Source: Hyalangium minutum (GTDB lineage Bacteria > Myxococcota > Myxococcia > Myxococcales > Myxococcaceae). From it: DNA of 64,000 nt. The stretch is taken from assembly GCF_000737315.1 (NCBI RefSeq), contig NZ_JMCB01000013.1:248001-312000 (forward strand), given 5' to 3'. The position numbers were made by a program, and so were the translations under genes. The notes below the pieces were generated by a model. The model did not search any database and had not been told where the DNA came from. It was given only the letters and a program-made list of their open reading frames with translations. Of this stretch, positions 58,756 through 64,000 are shown piece by piece (position 1 is the first letter of the stretch; each line of letters begins with the position of its first letter).

Positions 58756-59547
58756 ATGGCGAAGGCGAAGGGAACGGTCCTCGTCACCGGGGCCAATCGA
58801 GGCATCGGGTTCGAGGTCTGCCGACAGCTGGGTCGCGAGGGGGTGAGGGTGCTGTTGACGGCGAGGGACCCGGCCTCCGGTGAAGAGGCCACGGCCCGCC
58901 TGCGCGCCGAGGGGCTCGAGGTGCTCTTCGAGCGGCTCGATGTGGCCTCGCAGGAGAGCATCGACGCACTGGGCGCACGGCTCGCGGGCCGGGAGCAGCG
59001 GCTCGCGGCGCTGATCAACAACGCCGCCATCACCATGGATGGCTTCGACGAGAACGTGGCCGAGAAGACCACTGCGGTGAACTTCTTCGGGGCCTGGAAC
59101 GTGACGGACCGGCTGCTGCCGCTGCTCGAGGGGCACGGCCGGCTGGTGATGGTGTCGAGCAGCGTGGGCGAGCTGGGCACCCTGGCTCCGGAGATCCGCC
59201 GCCGGTTCGATCCACCGCCCTCCAAGGAGGCTCTGGCCTCGCTGGTGCGCGAGTTCATCGCGGACGTGCGGAGCGGGCACTACGCGCGCAAGGGCTGGCC
59301 GCGCTCGGCGTACCGGGTGTCCAAGGCCGCGCTCAACGCGCTGACACGGCGGCTGGCCTCGGAGCTGACGCCGCGGGGGTTGCTCGTGAATGCGGTGTGT
59401 CCCGGCTGGGTGCGCACGCGCATGGGCGGCTCCAGCGCTCCACGCAGCCTGGAGCAGGGCGCCGACACCATCGCCTGGGCTGCGATGCTGCCTCCAGACG
59501 GTCCCTCGGGCGGGTTCTTTCGGGACCGCAAGCCCATCGACTGGTAG
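58756..59547 (+). CDS. SDR oxidoreductase (carbonyl-reductase-like)
   Basis: TGANRGIG, INNAA, YRVSK, CPGWVRTRMGG. Confidence 0.93.
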   Translation: MAKAKGTVLVTGANRGIGFEVCRQLGREGVRVLLTARDPASGEEATARLRAEGLEVLFERLDVASQESIDALGARLAGREQRLAALINNAAITMDGFDENVAEKTTAVNFFGAWNVTDRLLPLLEGHGRLVMVSSSVGELGTLAPEIRRRFDPPPSKEALASLVREFIADVRSGHYARKGWPRSAYRVSKAALNALTRRLASELTPRGLLVNAVCPGWVRTRMGGSSAPRSLEQGADTIAWAAMLPPDGPSGGFFRDRKPIDW

Positions 59548-59564
59548 CGAGAGAGAGCAGGGAA

Positions 59565-59975
59565 CTACAGCAGCGCCGAGGGCAGGCCGGCCTCGCGCTC
59601 GAGCAGCTCGGCGGCGCGCGAATCTCTCGGCACCCCGAAGCGCTGCCGGGAGCACATCAGCAACTGGCCCGAGTACACACAGTCGGCCAGCCCCGCCGCG
59701 CTCTGGCCGTGCAGCACGAGCAGGCTGGCCCGCTCGTCCACCAGCCGGGCGAGGATGCGCGCCTGCTCCGGCGAGGCGAAGAGGCTGACGACTGACTTCG
59801 CATCGAAGCGCGTCAGCGTGTCGAACTCCATGCCGAGCGTGGAGATGCAGGCCTCGCGGATGGACTGGAGGCCCGTCTCCAGCGAGGCGCTCTCCCGCGC
59901 CCGGGTGAAGGCCGAGGTGAAGCGGCCGAGCTCCCGGACGGCATACAGCGCAAAGGCATGGCGGAGGTGAGGCAT
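59565..59975 (-). CDS. Hypothetical helical protein
   Basis: Coding-like codon bias; follows the amidase gene on the same strand; start uncertain. Confidence 0.6.
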   Translation of the reverse strand: MPHLRHAFALYAVRELGRFTSAFTRARESASLETGLQSIREACISTLGMEFDTLTRFDAKSVVSLFASPEQARILARLVDERASLLVLHGQSAAGLADCVYSGQLLMCSRQRFGVPRDSRAAELLEREAGLPSALL

Positions 59976-60023
59976 GTGGAAATCAAACCTCCGCCGCGCC
60001 CCAAAATCATCCACCGCGAGCGA

Positions 60024-60857
60024 TCAGGAGATGCCCTTGCGCAGCCGCTCCCAGTCGAAGTTGGCGGACGGATCGCTCTTGCGGCCCTTGGGCACTGCCA
60101 CGTCCTTGTGGCCGACGATGTTGCCCATCGGCACGTTGTACTGCTGCTTCAGGTAGCCGGTGAGCTGGGTGAGCGACTTCATCTGTGCCTCGGTGTAGGG
60201 CGTCTTGCCGCCGCCGTCATTGACGATCTCGATGCCGATGGAGCGGCCGTTCACGTCAGTGGGCACGCCGTGCAGCTCGCCCTTGCCCGCGTGCCAGGCG
60301 CGCTTCTGGTCGTTCACCAACTGATAGATCTTGCCGTCGCGGTCCACCATGTAATGGGCGGAGACCTCGGCCTTGGGGTCGCGCATGTGGGCCAGGTCCG
60401 CCGCGCCGTTGTTGGAGGCGGTGTGGTGCAGGACGATCGTGTCGATGTCCGCGCCCTTGCGATCATCGAAGTTGGGTGACGGCGAGTTGACGACGGGGGG
60501 CTTCTGGAACACGCCCGGCTTTGTCTCGGGCTTGGTGGGAGCAGTCGGCCCGCTCAGCTTGGCCAGATCCTTCTTCAGTGCGGCCTGGGTCAGGTCCCCG
60601 TAGAAGCCGGTGGACGGCAGCTTGTGGTCCGCCTGGTACTTCTTGAGTGCTGCCTCCGTCTTGGGCCCGAAGGTGCCCGCGCCCGCGCCCACCTGCGCCG
60701 CCGTCATGTACTTCAGCGCCACCAGCGCGTCCTGAAGCTGCTTCACCTTGGGGCCCGTGTCTCCTTCCTTCAGGCCCGCAGGCGGAGCGGTGAGCGCGGT
60801 GCTGGCAGCGGCGGGAGCACGGGTGGCCGTGGCGGTGGTGCGGTTGATCGTCGTCAT
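60024..60857 (-). CDS. N-acetylmuramoyl-L-alanine amidase (AmpD/Amidase_2) with N-terminal peptidoglycan-binding domain
   Basis: VKQLQDAL...FGPKTEAALKKYQ; VLHHTA, SAHY, AWHAG, SIGIE, GHKDV...KSDP. Confidence 0.93.
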   Translation of the reverse strand: MTTINRTTATATRAPAAASTALTAPPAGLKEGDTGPKVKQLQDALVALKYMTAAQVGAGAGTFGPKTEAALKKYQADHKLPSTGFYGDLTQAALKKDLAKLSGPTAPTKPETKPGVFQKPPVVNSPSPNFDDRKGADIDTIVLHHTASNNGAADLAHMRDPKAEVSAHYMVDRDGKIYQLVNDQKRAWHAGKGELHGVPTDVNGRSIGIEIVNDGGGKTPYTEAQMKSLTQLTGYLKQQYNVPMGNIVGHKDVAVPKGRKSDPSANFDWERLRKGIS

Positions 60858-61009
60858 GGGAGCGTTTCCAGGCAGCGAGGTTGCCGGCTTCTATTCACGG
60901 CGGATTATTACAGGCGGACAGCTCCTGGTAAACAAGGAATCCAGAAGAGTCTTCCAGTATTCCCATTTTCGCCTAAATTGCGCGTCTCTCTTTTTCCGGA
61001 GGTCTCTGC

Positions 61010-61381
61010 ATGCGTCTGTTGGCTCTCGTGGGACTTGTGGGGCTGTTGAGCGGCTGTGGCGTGGGAGTGGAGGAGGAGGCCGCCGCGCCGGCTTCCGAGC
61101 GGACCGAGATGGGCCCGCCGGAGTCGTGGTGCCGCAGCTACACCTCGGCCCAGTACTGCCCGAAGTACATCTGTTACTGGACCGGCACCGCCTGCACGCT
61201 GCCTCCCGCGTCCGTGTCCGGGACTCCTGAGGAGACGACCCAGATGGGCCCGCCGGAGTCGTGGTGCCGCAGCTACACCACGCAGCGGTACTGCCCCTCC
61301 GTGTGCGCCTGGTACAGCTATCCCGCGCCCGGGTACTGCGGCCTGAAGGCCTCGTCGCTGACGGGCGAGCAGCAGCAGTAA
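61010..61381 (+). CDS. Small lipoprotein with two Cys-rich repeats
   Basis: Lipobox LLSGC; GGAGG RBS; two MGPPESWCRSYT-x4-CP-x2/3-C-x-W...C modules. Confidence 0.8.
   Translation: MRLLALVGLVGLLSGCGVGVEEEAAAPASERTEMGPPESWCRSYTSAQYCPKYICYWTGTACTLPPASVSGTPEETTQMGPPESWCRSYTTQRYCPSVCAWYSYPAPGYCGLKASSLTGEQQQ
61107..61279. repeat. 38-bp perfect direct repeat, 135 bp apart (coding duplication)
   Basis: agatgggcccgccggagtcgtggtgccgcagctacacc at 61107-61144 and 61242-61279. Confidence 0.95.
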
Positions 61382-61457
61382 GTCCTCGGGTTCACCGCGC
61401 AGTGAGCACCGCGTCCGCTCCGGCTTGGCTGGAGCGGACGTTTGCTTTTGGGGGCTC

Positions 61458-61486
61458 TTGCCAGCGCGACTCGGCGCGGTTAACCA
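61458..61486 (+). promoter_or_regulatory. Candidate sigma70-type promoter
   Basis: TTGCCA-17 bp-TAACCA; predicted +1 falls on the A of ATG at 61493. The -10 match is imperfect. Confidence 0.5.
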
Positions 61487-61492
61487 TGAGGC

Positions 61493-61570
61493 ATGCGTCT
61501 CGTGGTGTGTGCTCGTCGATTTAGCCGCCCCCCGGCCCCGTTTGGGCGTCGGGAGGCCGTGCTGCCGTAG
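61493..61570 (+). CDS. Putative leaderless leader peptide MRLVVCARRFSRPPAPFGRREAVLP
   Basis: ATG at 61493, TAG at 61568-61570; its last codons overlap one arm of the leader switch helix. Confidence 0.55.
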   Translation: MRLVVCARRFSRPPAPFGRREAVLP

Positions 61571-61678
61571 CGCGCACTCCTCTCGGTAGCGGATCGCCTC
61601 GCTGGCGTGATGCTCGCCCGGACTCGCTGGGGGGGCATTCGAGCTCTTGTCCGTTCCGCTCCCATTCCTGCCGAGAGG
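61524..61678 (+). promoter_or_regulatory. Structured 5' leader with alternative anti-SD/SD pairing (translational attenuator candidate)
   Basis: GCTGCCG(61561-67):CGGTAGC(61584-90) competes with CCTCTCGGTAG(61579-89):CTGCCGAGAGG(61668-78), which covers the RBS; additional hairpins present. Confidence 0.65.
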
Positions 61679-61684
61679 TTTCCC

Positions 61685-62833
61685 ATGTCCGTTGCCATTC
61701 TGAGCGCCGAGGAAGTCCGGCGCGCGCTGTCCGTCCGCGATCTCACCAACCCTGCTGCTGGCCCCCACGCGATGCAGCGCCTCATCGAGGGCGCGCTCGA
61801 GGCCCTGCGCCTCGCCTGGGGCTGCGAAGTTCGTGTCCACCGCCAGAGCCCCATCGTCTCCATCGTCAGCAACTACGATCACCTGCACTACCCACCCGAT
61901 GGCGCCGCGCGGGATGCCCGCTACACGCGCTACGTCTGCGACACCGCGCTGCTGCGCACACAGACCTCGGCGATGATTCCTGGGCTGCTGCGGCGGCTGG
62001 CCGAGGCTCCTCCCGAGGACGTGCTGCTGGCCTGTCCCGGGCTCGTGTACCGGCGTGACTGCATCGACCGGCTCCACACCGGCGAGCCGCACCAGATGGA
62101 TCTGTGGCGCGTCCGCCGAGGCGCCACACTGGGAACTGCGGAGCTTCGCGAGATGATCGAGATCGTGGTCCGCGCCTTGTTGCCGGGACGGGAGCTGCGC
62201 GTAGCGCCAGCGCGGCACCCGTACACGACCGATGGCCTGCAGATCGATGTCCGCGACGGCGCGCAGTGGGTGGAGATCGGCGAGTGCGGTCTGGCACTGC
62301 CCGCGCTGCTGGAGGAGAGCGGACTGGAGCCTGGGCGCACCACGGGCCTCGCGATGGGGATCGGGCTCGATCGCATCCTGATGCTGCGAAAGGGGCTGGA
62401 TGACATCCGCCTGTTGCGCTCGGCGGATCCGCGGATCGCGTCGCAGTTACTCGATCTGGAGCCATACGTCCCCGTGTCCTCGATGCCCGCGGTGCGGCGT
62501 GACTTGTCGCTGGCGCTCGCCGAGGAGGACACGCCCGAGGAACTGGGCGACGCGGTCCGGGCGGCGCTCGGAGACAGGGCGGAGTTGGTGGAGAGCGTGG
62601 AGGTGCTCTCGGAGACGCCGTACCGGGCGCTGCCTCCGGCGGCGGTGGCGCGGATGGGCATCGCGCCTGGACAGAAGAACGTGCTGCTCCGCGTGGTGCT
62701 GCGCGCGTTGGATCGCACGTTGACCCACGAGGAATGCAACGCACTGCGGGATGCCATCTACGCGGCGCTGCATCGGGGCTCCGCGTGGGAGTGGGCGGCG
62801 CGGCCTGTTGAGCGCCCCATACGCTCGCCCTGA
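61685..62833 (+). CDS. PheS-related class II ligase with C-terminal FDX-ACB domain (recalled as the 'SrmL mystery ligase' family)
   Basis: LLRTQTSA, motif 2 PGLVYRRDCIDRLH..PHQMD, motif 3 AMGIGLDRILM...DDIRLL; FDX-ACB RRDLSL...DRTLTHEE; ATG at 61685 after GAGAGG. Confidence 0.85.
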   Translation: MSVAILSAEEVRRALSVRDLTNPAAGPHAMQRLIEGALEALRLAWGCEVRVHRQSPIVSIVSNYDHLHYPPDGAARDARYTRYVCDTALLRTQTSAMIPGLLRRLAEAPPEDVLLACPGLVYRRDCIDRLHTGEPHQMDLWRVRRGATLGTAELREMIEIVVRALLPGRELRVAPARHPYTTDGLQIDVRDGAQWVEIGECGLALPALLEESGLEPGRTTGLAMGIGLDRILMLRKGLDDIRLLRSADPRIASQLLDLEPYVPVSSMPAVRRDLSLALAEEDTPEELGDAVRAALGDRAELVESVEVLSETPYRALPPAAVARMGIAPGQKNVLLRVVLRALDRTLTHEECNALRDAIYAALHRGSAWEWAARPVERPIRSP

Positions 62834-62905
62834 GCAAGGCTGGAAAATAACGTCCCTGTGGCAAGTCGTACCCCGTCGCTGCGGGCGGGGTACGATGGGA
62901 ACGCC

Positions 62906-63559
62906 ATGCTCTTCCGAGACAAAACGCCCCCATCGCGTTCGGAGATCATCGCCGAGGCGGATCGCGCGCGCTCCAAAGGCCGGCTGAAGAAGGCCATCAC
63001 CGGGTACCGCAAGGCGCTGGAGCTGGAGCCCAAGGATCCGGTGGTGCTCGGGAAGCTGGCGCCGTTGCTGGCGAGGACGAAGGAGCATGAGGCCTCGCTG
63101 CAGAGCTTCCGGGCAGCGGCGCAGGGGCATTTGGATAAGGGCTTCGCGGACAAGGCGCTGGCCGTCTACGCGCAGGCCGCGGAGGAGTTCCCGCACCAGT
63201 TGAACCTCTGGCAGCAGATGGCGCAGTTGAACATGTCGAAGGGACACCGGGCCGAGGCGGTGAAGACGCTGCTGCGGGGCCGGCTCCACTTCCGCCGCAA
63301 GACCGAGCGCCGGGGCGCCATCACCCTGCTGCAGGAGGTGCTGGCGCTCGAGCCGACGCTGTTCGAGGTGAAGCTGGATCTGGGGCTGCAGCTCGCCCGC
63401 GAGAAGCACGTGGCCGAGGCGATGACCTTGCTCAACCCGATGGTGCTGGACGCCAAGACGCGCCCTCAGTTGCGCCGGCTGCGGTGGACGCTGGCACTTG
63501 CGTCTCCGAGCGTCGCGGCGTGGGGTCGCTGGGTGCGCGCCGTGGTGCTGGGCCGCTGA
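62906..63559 (+). CDS. Tetratricopeptide repeat protein
   Basis: KAITGYRKALELEPKD and further TPR-like helix pairs; ATG at 62906. Confidence 0.82.
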   Translation: MLFRDKTPPSRSEIIAEADRARSKGRLKKAITGYRKALELEPKDPVVLGKLAPLLARTKEHEASLQSFRAAAQGHLDKGFADKALAVYAQAAEEFPHQLNLWQQMAQLNMSKGHRAEAVKTLLRGRLHFRRKTERRGAITLLQEVLALEPTLFEVKLDLGLQLAREKHVAEAMTLLNPMVLDAKTRPQLRRLRWTLALASPSVAAWGRWVRAVVLGR

Positions 63560-63589
63560 GGGCGTCAGGACTTCACGGCGGAGGCTGCG

Positions 63590-64000
63590 TTACTTCGCGG
63601 GGGTGGGCAGGCCCAGCACGTACGTCACGGCGGGCTTGCCCGGCTTCTGTGCCTGGCCCACCTCCCAGGTGTAGCTCTCGCGCGGGAGGCTGTCCGTCAG
63701 CTTCCGCAGCTCGTCGGGGCTGTGCGCCCGCAGCGCCGACACGAGTCCGTCCCAGAAGATGACCAGGGGGAACAGCGGCACCCCGTACGTGAGCAGCAGC
63801 CGGGGCAGGGTGAGCGGCCGGATCGTCGGCGTGAAGAGCAGCACGAGCAGCGGGATGAAGAGGGCCGCGATCACCCCCTTCGGAGAGCGCTCGACGACCT
63901 CGAATGCTCCAATCGGGACACCCCTCGCTTGGGCATCCGCCAGCACCGCGCGCGCCGCCTCGGGCTTGAAGTGGTGCAGGGCGTTGAACAGGGTTCGCAT
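63590..64000 (-). CDS. C-terminal part of a probable class I SAM-dependent methyltransferase-like protein (runs off the window)
   Basis: RTLFNALHHF.PE.A..VL.DA...IGAFE, WDGLVSALRAH; 5' end lies outside the window. Confidence 0.7.
   Translation of the reverse strand: MRTLFNALHHFKPEAARAVLADAQARGVPIGAFEVVERSPKGVIAALFIPLLVLLFTPTIRPLTLPRLLLTYGVPLFPLVIFWDGLVSALRAHSPDELRKLTDSLPRESYTWEVGQAQKPGKPAVTYVLGLPTPAK

Noticed and set aside
61107-61279. 38-bp direct repeats with a unique spacer as a mini-CRISPR
   Set aside because: Only two copies, a 97-bp spacer, non-palindromic, and the period (135 bp) preserves the reading frame of a lipoprotein gene.
61486-61524. Alternative uORF MRHASRGVCSSI
   Set aside because: Its ATG overlaps the predicted -10 element and would lie upstream of the TSS; the ATG at 61493 fits better. 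It would need reconsidering if the TSS maps further upstream.
61556-61640. tRNA or tRNA-like gene upstream of the PheS-like ligase
   Set aside because: No acceptor stem, T-loop (TTCGA) or D-loop consensus could be built; better explained as a cis-acting leader.
20012-63571. GCGTCAGGAC after stop codons at 20012 and 63562 as a REP-like element
   Set aside because: Only 10 bp, two copies, GC-rich and non-palindromic; compatible with chance.

Overview
This is a high-GC myxobacterial chromosome segment (Myxococcales, Archangiaceae/Myxococcaceae-like, judged from gene content). In order it contains: (1) a complete alternative complex III operon (actABCDEFG) joined to an A2-type caa3 cytochrome c oxidase (0.85-12.4 kb); (2) an eroded stress/carbohydrate region with remnants of a sensory-rhodopsin-transducer gene, a GH15 gene and a DUF2254 gene, plus an intact enolase-superfamily / FAD-FeS oxidoreductase / ThDP-enzyme operon and mscS (12.4-23.5 kb); (3) speA, a variant clpX, a SitA5-type lipoprotein toxin with its immunity gene, cvpA, a Pro-rich J-protein and a lidless Hsp70 (23.5-33.3 kb); (4) a signalling and envelope block: hybrid PAS kinase, Ser/Thr kinase-STAND-FGE protein, response regulator, ADYC lipoprotein, oar-mlpA, myxosortase (33.5-47.3 kb); (5) polX, a Rieske ferredoxin, a His-rich moaB, a TIGR02757 gene, and an FHA-type sigma54 activator with a recognisable sigma54 target promoter (47.9-54.6 kb); (6) assorted enzymes, an amidase, a Cys-rich duplicated lipoprotein, and a monomeric PheS-like ligase (54.6-64 kb). 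The strongest novelty candidate is the PheS-like ligase (61685-62833). It has an altered amino-acid pocket and is preceded by a leaderless 25-codon uORF and a leader with mutually exclusive anti-SD/SD helices, which looks like a ribosome-controlled translational attenuator. I saw no CRISPR array, tRNA, rRNA, integrase or IS. All family names come from motif recognition and memory; no database search was run. Start codons were re-picked by eye.
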